IMG/VR virus record: IMGVR_UViG_3300042691_021691
Span: 1 to 64,000 of that record
Reading direction: 5' to 3' (one strand)
Source: a virus
Length of the DNA stretch: 64,000 nt
Below are positions 33,924 to 43,560 of this stretch, piece after piece. The position numbers were made by a program, and so were the translations under genes. The notes under the pieces are model-generated. The model had not been told where the DNA came from. It ran no database searches and worked only from the letters and a program-made list of their open reading frames with translations. Numbering within the stretch: the stretch's first letter is position 1; each line of letters opens with the position of its first letter.

Positions 33924-33940
33924 CTTAATATGGAGATTAT

Positions 33941-34474
33941 ATGCTAATCAAAAAAACAATTATTTTAGTTTTTGTGGTGATCGCATTAATAACTACTAAT
34001 CGTGTAGAAGCTTGGTTCCATATTCCTACACAAGCTATAAAATCACAACCAACTGAATTGGAAAGATTTTTATCTCATATGGCATGGCGTGAGAGTAAAA
34101 ATACATCTAGAATTGTCAACCAATTTGGTATGATGGGTAAATACCAGTTCAGCCCATCAACTGTTAGAGGATTAGGATTCAACGTTTCTCAGTCACAATT
34201 CTTACGGGACAGCGATTTACAAGATTCCGTTATGGTTGCATATATGCGATCAAATAAGAAAGATTTGATAAAAATTATCAATCGATATGACGGACGAGTA
34301 CACAAAGGCGTAAAGATCACCGAGGCAGGAATGCTCGCCGCTGCACATTTGGGAGGAAGCAATAGTGTTGTAGCATGGTTTAATGATGATAGCTATTCTG
34401 GGAGAGCAGACGCAAATGGTACCAGTATTAGAAATTATATGTCAGAATTTAGTAAATATAAATTGGAGTTATAA
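33941..34474 (+). CDS. Lysozyme-like/transglycosylase protein with N-terminal signal
   Basis: RES...GKYQF...LAAAHLGG. Confidence 0.7.
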   Translation: MLIKKTIILVFVVIALITTNRVEAWFHIPTQAIKSQPTELERFLSHMAWRESKNTSRIVNQFGMMGKYQFSPSTVRGLGFNVSQSQFLRDSDLQDSVMVAYMRSNKKDLIKIINRYDGRVHKGVKITEAGMLAAAHLGGSNSVVAWFNDDSYSGRADANGTSIRNYMSEFSKYKLEL

Positions 34475-34759
34475 ATGTTGCAAATGATAATTACAGTATT
34501 AATTGGAGTATATGTAGCGGGTAGTGTGTATATTATATGGAATCTGTTGAAGAAAACAGAAACTCAAGAGTTAGCTTTGATGTCTATGTATGCACAAATT
34601 TCTACCGTTTTATATACAATGAAAGTGTTAGATGAACGGCAAATGTTTGAATCCGATGATGAAGTTGGAACCGTATACGCCCAAGTATCAAATACTGTAA
34701 AGAGCTTACAAATAATCTTGGGAGAAAATATTGATGGAATTGAAACAACAGAGGAATAA
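34475..34759 (+). CDS. Membrane-anchored hypothetical protein
   Basis: TM plus FESDDEVG. Confidence 0.65.
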   Translation: MLQMIITVLIGVYVAGSVYIIWNLLKKTETQELALMSMYAQISTVLYTMKVLDERQMFESDDEVGTVYAQVSNTVKSLQIILGENIDGIETTEE

Positions 34760-35480
34760 ATTAGGAAGAGTATACTTTACAGATGAAACGGAAAACGCGA
34801 TTGTAAAATACAATGAATCTAACGATCTCGACGAACGCGAAGAGATTTTTAGAGAATATATTCATGCGCCATTGGATAAAATGGCAGAAAACATAATTAA
34901 TAGATTTAAATTTCCTTATATGGATGGTACATTTGAGGAAATTAAGTCACAAGTAGTTGCATACTTAGTTATGAATTTACACAAATATACCGCCGACAAA
35001 GGAAAGGCGTTTTCGTATTTTTCAATTGTAGCAAAAAATTATTTAATATTAAACAATAATAATTTTTACAAAGAAGAAAAGCGAGTTATCTATTTAACGG
35101 ATAAAGAAGATGATACGCATTCAATAGAAGAATTACTAGTGGTGGATACGCATCAGACCGAAATACGAAATGATTTACGAGACTTTTTAGAGTTATCTAT
35201 TCAATTTTGGAATTTTAACATCCCAAGATTATTTAAAAAGAAGCGAGATGTAGAAATCGCATTTGCTGTAGTAAGATTAATGGAAAGAATAGATAGAATA
35301 GAGAATTTCAACAAAAAAGCTCTATACTTAATGATCCGAGAGATGACCGATTATAAAACCTCTCACATTACAAAGGTCATCAATAAAATGAAAGGGATTA
35401 TATTTAGACAACTAAATGAGTTTAGGCAAACTGGACACGTTTCAGATCCCTCCAACTATTTTGTATATAAAAACAAATAA
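34731..35480 (+). CDS. Phage late sigma factor-like protein (gp55-like)
   Basis: YFTDETENAI..YN, KMAENII, KGKAFSYFSIVAKN (region 2-like). Confidence 0.6.
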   Translation: MMELKQQRNKLGRVYFTDETENAIVKYNESNDLDEREEIFREYIHAPLDKMAENIINRFKFPYMDGTFEEIKSQVVAYLVMNLHKYTADKGKAFSYFSIVAKNYLILNNNNFYKEEKRVIYLTDKEDDTHSIEELLVVDTHQTEIRNDLRDFLELSIQFWNFNIPRLFKKKRDVEIAFAVVRLMERIDRIENFNKKALYLMIREMTDYKTSHITKVINKMKGIIFRQLNEFRQTGHVSDPSNYFVYKNK

Positions 35481-35485
35481 ATCTT

Positions 35486-35494
35486 ATATTTATA
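35486..35494 (+). promoter_or_regulatory. Putative late promoter ATATTTATA
   Basis: 33 nt upstream of the first structural-operon ATG; same motif and spacing at 51347, 58952 and 62349. Confidence 0.55.
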
Positions 35495-35518
35495 TAAGAT
35501 ACACTCTTACAAAATATT

Positions 35519-35902
35519 ATGTTTAATACAGAACTATTCCAGGGAAAGACGCTATCTGATGTGTTTGCGGACATCTATAAAAACACAGACGCCAAGCGCA
35601 GTCAAATAACTACATTTATTACCAAACTGGTGACCTTAATTAGGACACCAGAGGATGCCACTATCATAGGTCCAGTTATAAAAGAATTTTTAGACGTATC
35701 TGTGAAAAATGATGAGCATATCGTGCGTCTAGCACAGATTGTACAGAGACTTGAATTGGTAACTGCTAAAGGGTCATCTACCGGCGATTTATTGAGCGAT
35801 GAAGAAAAACTTCAATTGCTGGCAAATATAAATGAAGAGGTAGAAGCAGTACATAGACAAGTTTTAGAAGATGAAATTACCAATTTAAAAAGTAATATTT
35901 AA
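35519..35902 (+). CDS. Hypothetical phage protein
   Basis: 127-aa ORF at the head of the structural operon. Confidence 0.7.
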   Translation: MFNTELFQGKTLSDVFADIYKNTDAKRSQITTFITKLVTLIRTPEDATIIGPVIKEFLDVSVKNDEHIVRLAQIVQRLELVTAKGSSTGDLLSDEEKLQLLANINEEVEAVHRQVLEDEITNLKSNI

Positions 35903-35904
35903 TT

Positions 35905-38118
35905 ATGGTAAGAAATCCGAATCGAAGTAGCGTATTTGGCAGTGAACACATAGCCGATGGCATGTCCGGAATGTCAACGACAACTAACTCTCCGAAGTTT
36001 TATGAGGGTATAGTCGTTGATATTATTTTGAACGAAAGCAGAGATGGCGAAGACGGATATGGCGCAAACGGATTTAATATAGGGGCAGCTAAAATTCGCC
36101 CATTGAATAATCCATTAGCGAACACGGCAGATTCGGATGATAAGTTAAATTGGATAGAACCACTGGAAATGCGATTCGCAGATTATCCAGTTATTGGTGA
36201 AATGGTATTGGTGTATGTCATTGCAGAAACTCCATTTTATACTAGACCACTGCCCATAGGCAAAAAGCCAACAGAAAACGCTTTTCTAAATACCCATACA
36301 GTTTTAAAAAATTCATACGCAACTAATTCCCCCGACGCTCCGCCAAAGCCAACAGGCCAACATAAATTTGGTCAGTATTTTAAGCCACTAAAAAACGCCC
36401 ATTTCTTGCGACCATTCGAGGGCGATGTAATATTACAAGGTAGATTTGGTAATACTATAAGATTTGGTTCTAGTCAAATTGGACCGGATTCTTTAGGACT
36501 AAATCCTAACATATTAATTCGCGTAGGAGAGCCACCAAACAAACCAAAAGTTAAGGGTGTAGATAACCCACACGGTTTGATTTACGAAGATGTTAATTTA
36601 GATGCATCATCGTTATATTTAGTTTCTGATCAGAGAATTCCACTTGAACCAGCCACCAAAACAGGAACATCTCACTTACGCTCCGCAAACGAAGCAAAAG
36701 GTCAACTATTTGCCGGAAGTCAAATTTTATTAAATTCCGATAGAATTATAATAAACTCCAAACGATTTCAAACATTTTTATTTTCTGCGGAAGGCATACA
36801 CGGGAATGCATTAAAAGATATAACATTTGATACGGATCAAAATTTTAAAGTTAGTACAAATATTGATACCAAATTTTTAATTGGAAAAAATCTTTCTATT
36901 AATGCTAGAGAAGATGCGTTTATTACCATTGGCAGAAATACAGTATTAACATCTAAAACTAGATTGGCATTACACGCCAATAAAATTTTTGTTGGAAGCA
37001 AAGAAGACGATAAGGAACCTATAGTGGGTGGCACATCGCTTTCTAAATTTTTAGCACGATTGATTATGGCACTGGTAAACACTAGCCTACCAGAACCACC
37101 AGCTGCATTTACAGTTGGACCTAATCAACAACTTCACGTAATCGGCACAAAATTAGCGCCAGGTGTAGTATCATCACTATTGAAACTATATACCGAGTTA
37201 GTAAAGCCTAATTCCGGTCAAGATTCTCCGAAACCCTTTGCGGGTGCTCCATTTAATAGTAAAGATAATTTCGTTTCATTGGATAATGCGGATCCTGAAA
37301 TAGATGCAGTACAACAACCGCTAACCGCCGAAGAACGTCAGTCGCTAGAAGTATATAAAGCAGAAATTGACAATCAGATTGCACTAACGTCTCCAAATGA
37401 TCCTGGTATAGAAACTGCTCGTGAGGAAGCAAGCTTTGTTCAAGAACAACTTGATACAAATGAACCTGCCGCAGATCCAGCGCCATCGGAACCAATATCA
37501 ACGGATATTGAAGGAATTTGCAAGAGAATCGTAGAAGAAGCCAAAAAGGATATTGGATTGCGAGAACTTTCACTTCCAGATACGGTAAATACAAATCCAC
37601 CAATAAGAAAACCATTTAATAGTAATAGACACCCGGACATTGATGCGATGCACAGAGCATGTGGATTAGATAACGCGACACAGTTCAATACGACTGGAAC
37701 AGGATACCATTGGTGTGCATCGGCGGTATCTAAATGGTGGAGAGCAGCAGGAGCACAAGTTCCTCCGTTTGGAATAACAACTCCACAAGGAAGAAAAATT
37801 GCAGGTGGTCCTGCGTCATGTCAATTCTGGTATGATTGGGCTAGAGCATTTGGATATCTAAGTGATGTACCTGTTGTTGGTGCGGCAATTTTGTATTATG
37901 GAAAAGGCAAATATCATCATATTGGCATAGTTTCCTCCGTATCCCCACTTCGCACTATCGAGGGAAATACATCCGATCCTTCGGGGGGATTTAATAGAAA
38001 TGGAGTTACGTGTGCCGAGAAGTCCCCGAGAGGTGGAAGAAGCGTTGTATACGTACTGCCAGTACAAGGTAATAAAATTACTCCATGCGCATTAAAACAA
38101 TTAGGAAGAACTCAATAA
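35905..38118 (+). CDS. Baseplate hub/spike (gp5-like) with C-terminal CHAP domain
   Basis: YPVIGEMV, EGDVILQGRFGNTIRFGS, ILLNSDRIIINS; WCASAV...HIGIV...TIEGNT. Confidence 0.7.
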   Translation: MVRNPNRSSVFGSEHIADGMSGMSTTTNSPKFYEGIVVDIILNESRDGEDGYGANGFNIGAAKIRPLNNPLANTADSDDKLNWIEPLEMRFADYPVIGEMVLVYVIAETPFYTRPLPIGKKPTENAFLNTHTVLKNSYATNSPDAPPKPTGQHKFGQYFKPLKNAHFLRPFEGDVILQGRFGNTIRFGSSQIGPDSLGLNPNILIRVGEPPNKPKVKGVDNPHGLIYEDVNLDASSLYLVSDQRIPLEPATKTGTSHLRSANEAKGQLFAGSQILLNSDRIIINSKRFQTFLFSAEGIHGNALKDITFDTDQNFKVSTNIDTKFLIGKNLSINAREDAFITIGRNTVLTSKTRLALHANKIFVGSKEDDKEPIVGGTSLSKFLARLIMALVNTSLPEPPAAFTVGPNQQLHVIGTKLAPGVVSSLLKLYTELVKPNSGQDSPKPFAGAPFNSKDNFVSLDNADPEIDAVQQPLTAEERQSLEVYKAEIDNQIALTSPNDPGIETAREEASFVQEQLDTNEPAADPAPSEPISTDIEGICKRIVEEAKKDIGLRELSLPDTVNTNPPIRKPFNSNRHPDIDAMHRACGLDNATQFNTTGTGYHWCASAVSKWWRAAGAQVPPFGITTPQGRKIAGGPASCQFWYDWARAFGYLSDVPVVGAAILYYGKGKYHHIGIVSSVSPLRTIEGNTSDPSGGFNRNGVTCAEKSPRGGRSVVYVLPVQGNKITPCALKQLGRTQ

Positions 38119-38127
38119 TTATATAAT

Positions 38128-38652
38128 ATGACCAATCCATTTTCACTACCGCCATTGCCAGTAGCTAAGGGAATCTTAGGTAAAATACAAATGGCATTGA
38201 CTATCAAAACAATGATAGAAGATAAAAAGAAATCAGCGGAAGCTATTAAAAATGCTGCCGTTGCAATGGCTTTGCAAAAAGCCAATGAGATTAAGGATAA
38301 AAAAATACAAGAACTGCGGGAAAAGGGAGAAGTAGCAGTATCAGATAAAACCAAAGCTATACAAGAAAGAAAGCAACAAGCAACAAATTCCGTGACTTCT
38401 GCTAAAAATTTTTCCCAGCGGATGGCTGATGTTGATAAGAATCCAAAAATACAGCAATTGCGAAGAGAAGAAGCGGAGTTGGGTGCTAGACTCACAGCAT
38501 TAAATGCTGACATTTTAAGTGACCCAAATCCACAAAGCAAAGCTACAAAATTGGTTGAATACAGAACGTTATTAAGTAAAAAGGTTAATATTACAAGAGA
38601 AATACTTTCCGAAAGAAGTCGATTGTTAAATGAAATTAGGCAAGGTCTTTAA
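38128..38652 (+). CDS. Hypothetical coiled-coil protein
   Basis: ORF in structural operon. Confidence 0.6.
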   Translation: MTNPFSLPPLPVAKGILGKIQMALTIKTMIEDKKKSAEAIKNAAVAMALQKANEIKDKKIQELREKGEVAVSDKTKAIQERKQQATNSVTSAKNFSQRMADVDKNPKIQQLRREEAELGARLTALNADILSDPNPQSKATKLVEYRTLLSKKVNITREILSERSRLLNEIRQGL

Positions 38653-38670
38653 ATATACAAGGAGATATGT

Positions 38671-39006
38671 ATGGATAAGAAACTATTAAAGGCATATATA
38701 AGAACTATAGTAGAAGAAGAAGTTGAGCGCATTTTACCAAAAATGATAAAGGAACAAATAGAATCGGTAGTAGATACCAACGCAAATACCAAAATGGTAT
38801 CGGAATCCACCACTAAAAAAGCACCGATTTCCAAGCAAGATTTGGCATCATTGTTGGGAATAACTCGCGATGGTGATACTTTGCGGGCAACGACCTCTGG
38901 GGTAAAGCAAGCCCATAATCTACCATCTAATGTACCAGATTATATAGAAAGCGCAATCACCAGAGATTATTCTGCTTTAATGAAAGCAATGAATAAGAAA
39001 AATTAA
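38671..39006 (+). CDS. Hypothetical virion-associated protein
   Basis: IRTIVEEEV...TRDYSALMKAM. Confidence 0.65.
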   Translation: MDKKLLKAYIRTIVEEEVERILPKMIKEQIESVVDTNANTKMVSESTTKKAPISKQDLASLLGITRDGDTLRATTSGVKQAHNLPSNVPDYIESAITRDYSALMKAMNKKN

Positions 39007-39009
39007 TAT

Positions 39010-39429
39010 ATGCTAAAGCGCAGAAGAAATTTTGGTATAGGAGTTACTCTGCCATTTAGGCGGGGTAATTCTGGCTATTTTGAATCCTCAACGGAAATAC
39101 TTCCACAAATCAAATCAAATTTTAAAAATTTGATTATGACACGAATTGGGGAGCGGTTAGGCCAACCAGAATTTGGATGTAGAATTTGGGAATATATATT
39201 TGAACAATGGAATCCTGATACCGTTAGAGGTGTTAGGGATTCTGTTATTGATGCTGTAGATAGATGGATGCCATTTTTGGAGCTACTACAAATTGATATA
39301 CAAAGTGGCAATGATAACAAAGCAATTGATAATCATACTATAAATCTTTATGTTAGATATAGAATAAGAGAAAACGCAGATTTAGAGGATGAAATCGTTA
39401 TTCCTGTATCTAATTTTAATGTGGAGTAA
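39010..39429 (+). CDS. Baseplate wedge subunit, gp25-like
   Basis: NLIMTRIGERLGQPEFGC..W.YIFE...WMP. Confidence 0.88.
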   Translation: MLKRRRNFGIGVTLPFRRGNSGYFESSTEILPQIKSNFKNLIMTRIGERLGQPEFGCRIWEYIFEQWNPDTVRGVRDSVIDAVDRWMPFLELLQIDIQSGNDNKAIDNHTINLYVRYRIRENADLEDEIVIPVSNFNVE

Positions 39430-39433
39430 ATAA

Positions 39434-41362
39434 ATGGCAATAACCAATCCTATCCGACGAGATTATAGCCCAAATGTAAAGGATATAAATTATCTAAATA
39501 AAACATTTCCTGAGTTTCGTCAGAGTTTAATAGATTTCGTTAGATCATATTATCCAGATTCATATCAGGATTTTAATGAATCTTCGCCTGGTATGATTTT
39601 CATAGAAATGGCATCATACGTAGGCGATGTATTAAGTTTTTACATAGATAATCAATTTAAAGAAAATTTATTATTACATGCCGATGAACAGAAAAATATT
39701 ATAAATATCGCACAAGGATTGGGGTATAAGCCAAAACTATCGGCGGCGTCTTCAGTAGATGCGTATATATATCAAGTTGTGCCTGCGCTAGGATTGGTGG
39801 ATAACTATGAACCAGACCCGTCGTATTATTTGAAAATTGGAGCCAATTCTTCATTTAGAAGTGATACTAATCCAAGTGTAATTTTTAGATCTTCTGAAGA
39901 TGTAGATTTTTCCGATCCAATTGATAGAGATATAACTATTAAAACGACAACAGGAACTATTCCGACTACATATCTAGTTAGAAAAAAAGTAAAATTAATA
40001 TCCGGTGAAGTCAAGGTAACCAATGTAACATTTGGAAGTCCGCAAAAATTTTCAAAAATTGTTCTTCCTGAAAATAATGTCATTTCTATATTAAACGTAT
40101 TTGATTCCGATGGGTTTACTTGGAACGAAGTAGATTATCTAGCACAAGACGTATTATTAGATGAAAGAGAAGTGTCTGGAAATACAGAAGACGGAATTCC
40201 TCCATCAAAGTTATTTAATTATGTCAGATCGCCTAGAAGATTTATCAGTAGAATCAATGATAGATTAGAAATGGAAATGATGTTTGGTTCAGGAACGGAT
40301 AACGTGGCAAATGAAATAGTTACTCTGGATTCCAGACAAATAGCAACCGATACGTATGAGCAGAAGATTGCAAATACCGCATTAAATCCAATTAATTTCT
40401 TAAGCACAGAAACATACGGACTTGCGCCTGCAAACACGCAAATAACCGTAGAATATTTGGTCGGTGGCGGAATTAAAACTAACGTTCCATCTAGAAGCAT
40501 TACGAAAATTGAAAGTATAAATATATTAAATTCAATACAAGATTATCCAACAAACGAACTACGAGCGATTTTTGATGCTGTTGTAGACTCGGTGGCAATC
40601 ATAAACGATGAACCTGCTACTGGTGGTGGTGATGGCGAAACTATAGAAGAAATTAGACAAAACGCATTGGCATTTTTCGCCGCTCAAAATAGAGTAATGA
40701 CGGCTGATGATTATGTGGTAAGAACATACGCACTTCCAGCTAAATTTGGAAAAGTTGCTAAGGCATTTGCTATTAGAGACGAACAAATAAATGCTGTAAT
40801 AACCGCCGAGCAAACCAATACCAGAACAGAAAGAACTTTCGTAAGCGATCCGGCGGCACCAAATGCAATAAATTTATATGTATTGGGATACAATAAAGAT
40901 GGGAAGCTTACAGTATTAAATTCATTGGTAAAGAAGAATTTAGCTAAATACTTAGAATCGTACAGAATGCTAACAGATGAAGTTAATATTTTGGATGCGT
41001 TCGTAGTTAATATCGGAGTTAATTTCGATGTTATAGTGTATAAAAACTATAATATGAATGATGTTTTAGGAAGATGTATAGATGCAATTGTAAATTTCTT
41101 TGATATTGATAAGTGGAAAATACAACAACCAATTATATTAGCAGATTTGCGAAATACTATAGGATCCGTTGAAGGAGTACAATCGGTAATATCAGTAGAC
41201 ATTACAAACAAGTATCAATTCAAAGATGGCAGTGATTACCAAAATTACAGATATCCAATCGATGAAGCTATAGTAAATGATGTTGTATATCCGTCATTGG
41301 ATCCTTGCATTTTTGAAATTAGATACCCAGAAACCGATATAGTAGGGAGAGCAAGACAATGA
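39434..41362 (+). CDS. Baseplate wedge protein, gp6/J-like
   Basis: DFNESSPG..FIEMASYVGDVLSFY, GYKP, GGGDGET.EEIR, QNRVMTADDY. Confidence 0.88.
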   Translation: MAITNPIRRDYSPNVKDINYLNKTFPEFRQSLIDFVRSYYPDSYQDFNESSPGMIFIEMASYVGDVLSFYIDNQFKENLLLHADEQKNIINIAQGLGYKPKLSAASSVDAYIYQVVPALGLVDNYEPDPSYYLKIGANSSFRSDTNPSVIFRSSEDVDFSDPIDRDITIKTTTGTIPTTYLVRKKVKLISGEVKVTNVTFGSPQKFSKIVLPENNVISILNVFDSDGFTWNEVDYLAQDVLLDEREVSGNTEDGIPPSKLFNYVRSPRRFISRINDRLEMEMMFGSGTDNVANEIVTLDSRQIATDTYEQKIANTALNPINFLSTETYGLAPANTQITVEYLVGGGIKTNVPSRSITKIESINILNSIQDYPTNELRAIFDAVVDSVAIINDEPATGGGDGETIEEIRQNALAFFAAQNRVMTADDYVVRTYALPAKFGKVAKAFAIRDEQINAVITAEQTNTRTERTFVSDPAAPNAINLYVLGYNKDGKLTVLNSLVKKNLAKYLESYRMLTDEVNILDAFVVNIGVNFDVIVYKNYNMNDVLGRCIDAIVNFFDIDKWKIQQPIILADLRNTIGSVEGVQSVISVDITNKYQFKDGSDYQNYRYPIDEAIVNDVVYPSLDPCIFEIRYPETDIVGRARQ

Positions 41363-42360
41363 TAATAACACTAACTGCTTCGGCAGACGCCAGTATATAT
41401 CAAAGATTCCCTACATTAAACACAGGGTATGATGAGATATTAGAAATAGGAAAATTAAAAAAGCAAGGAGATGATGATACGGTTTATTCTGGAAGTAGTA
41501 CTGTAGTATCATTGATAAACTTTGATGTAAGTGATCATGCAAATTGGGCACCTACTGCTAGTATCTATTTAAATTTAAAAATTGCTAGCGCATCTTCATT
41601 GAATAAAAATCAAAGTGTTGTGGCATATTTAATGTCAAGTTCATGGGAAGAAGGGAGTGGATATTATCTACAACAGCCATATAATAAAGAAGATGGGGCT
41701 ACTTGGACCAGTGTAAACGGATTATACTCAAGTAGTGTCTCTGCCAGTTATACCATTTCAACCTATCCAATCCAAGATATAAAATTTGATATTACATCTT
41801 TAGTAAATTATGGAATATATTCTGCTAGCTGGAATGGATTGGCGATCACCCTCCCAAGTGCATCGTTGGTAGATGGGAATAATAGTTCTAATATAAAAGT
41901 ATTTTCTTCTCAAACGCATACTATATATCAACCTACACTCACTGTGGAGTGGAACAATCAAACATATTCCACTGGGAGTTTGAAACCATTACCCACCGGA
42001 GATGTGGAAATATCATATAAAAATATAAAAGAACAATATGTATATGGTACAAAGCAAAATGTATATTTGGTAGTAAGAGACAAATATCCTTCCAAATCAT
42101 TCAATACCGTATTGCGGTATCAAAACAAATATTATTTACCAAAGACTTCATATTATAGAATAGTAGATATTGCCGCGAATACTCTAATTAATGATTTTAC
42201 TAGTGCGGCTACCGTAGATTGTTCCGATAATTCAAATTATATTTTGTTAGATACAACAAAATTGAGTAGAGGAAGATACTACAGATTAGAATTTAAAATA
42301 GTAAAATCCAATGGTGAAATTATATTTGTATCTCCTTTGGAAACATTCACGGTAAGATAA
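41359..42360 (+). CDS. Virion structural protein
   Basis: Beta-rich, DASIY...SWEEGSG...THTIYQP; operon context. Confidence 0.6.
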   Translation: MIITLTASADASIYQRFPTLNTGYDEILEIGKLKKQGDDDTVYSGSSTVVSLINFDVSDHANWAPTASIYLNLKIASASSLNKNQSVVAYLMSSSWEEGSGYYLQQPYNKEDGATWTSVNGLYSSSVSASYTISTYPIQDIKFDITSLVNYGIYSASWNGLAITLPSASLVDGNNSSNIKVFSSQTHTIYQPTLTVEWNNQTYSTGSLKPLPTGDVEISYKNIKEQYVYGTKQNVYLVVRDKYPSKSFNTVLRYQNKYYLPKTSYYRIVDIAANTLINDFTSAATVDCSDNSNYILLDTTKLSRGRYYRLEFKIVKSNGEIIFVSPLETFTVR

Positions 42361-42361
42361 A

Positions 42362-42715
42362 ATGAATATAATTCAAATAGCTATTCCGCAAACTCGAATT
42401 GAAAGTACAAAGGAATCTCCCGATAAAGAATTAGTTACGGTAGATTTATTCAATAATGGATTAAATCAATTCGAGTCATTTGAATTAAATAAAGATTTAT
42501 TAAATCCTCCGATAATACCTATTTCTATAGAAACTACGGATCTAAAATTAGAAGATTCTATAAAGGTAGATTTAGATGCAAAAGTTGTAGTATTTTTAAC
42601 GGAAGATAACACTAGATATGAAAATGAGCAAGAATATTTTTTCCCTATATTTAGAGAAATTATAAATCCTGATATATCATATACTAGATTTGACACAACT
42701 TTTTCGGAATTATAA
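42362..42715 (+). CDS. Hypothetical structural protein
   Basis: Operon context, ends DTTFSEL. Confidence 0.55.
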   Translation: MNIIQIAIPQTRIESTKESPDKELVTVDLFNNGLNQFESFELNKDLLNPPIIPISIETTDLKLEDSIKVDLDAKVVVFLTEDNTRYENEQEYFFPIFREIINPDISYTRFDTTFSEL

Positions 42716-42718
42716 TCT

Positions 42719-43552
42719 ATGGCTACTCAACAAAATTACACAGAACTATTACAGCCCAATACAATTAGATACACGGTATCTCGTGTAGCAACGATTCCAA
42801 CGGATGAATTGTTATTTGCAGTAGAGCCTGCTGATTTTGGGTTTACTAATAAGGATAATATAGAAATACATTTTTATTCCAGATTGACCAAAGATTTAGC
42901 GTTTTCTCAGCGGATAGACTTAGTAGATGATATCTTAGGAATACGAACTATAGATTATATAGACAGTAAATTTAGAAATTATATAACTTTTGATTTTAAT
43001 AAATACATTGAACTGTATCCGCTAAAAATATCACCGGGCGAATATGAAATTGTAATTAATATATTTAGCGATGAAATTGGAAGTTATAGCGATAAAAAAT
43101 TAATAATTAATGCAGTTTCTGATAGTAGAACCGAAGTCAATCTACGTTTCAAAGAACAAACAGAAACTAATATTCTGGAATTGAATGAATTTGTGGCGCC
43201 TGCGATAAGCAAGCCATATTTAGATGGAATTTTACAAAATATTTTTATAACTGCTGGAAGACAGTCAGATTCCACTATTGGCGTTACTATAGGAGATATT
43301 TTATCTCAACTGTCGGAATCCGGTGAAACTGTAGATTTGAATAGAACTAATCAGATAGGAAAACTTCAATCGGTACAGGCATTAATAGCAAACTTACTAG
43401 AAACGGTATATACTAGAATTAGAGAAATTTTGGTAAGTTATCCTAAGTTTCGTATCACAGAAGAGGAAGCCAAGCTAATTATAGAAAGAGTTTTCTTCGA
43501 AGAATTTAATAAAGTCAGAGACTCGTTGCGATCTGATATAATACTTACCTAG
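42719..43552 (+). CDS. Hypothetical structural protein
   Basis: VSDSRTEV motif; operon context. Confidence 0.6.
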   Translation: MATQQNYTELLQPNTIRYTVSRVATIPTDELLFAVEPADFGFTNKDNIEIHFYSRLTKDLAFSQRIDLVDDILGIRTIDYIDSKFRNYITFDFNKYIELYPLKISPGEYEIVINIFSDEIGSYSDKKLIINAVSDSRTEVNLRFKEQTETNILELNEFVAPAISKPYLDGILQNIFITAGRQSDSTIGVTIGDILSQLSESGETVDLNRTNQIGKLQSVQALIANLLETVYTRIREILVSYPKFRITEEEAKLIIERVFFEEFNKVRDSLRSDIILT

Positions 43553-43560
43553 GATTAGAT

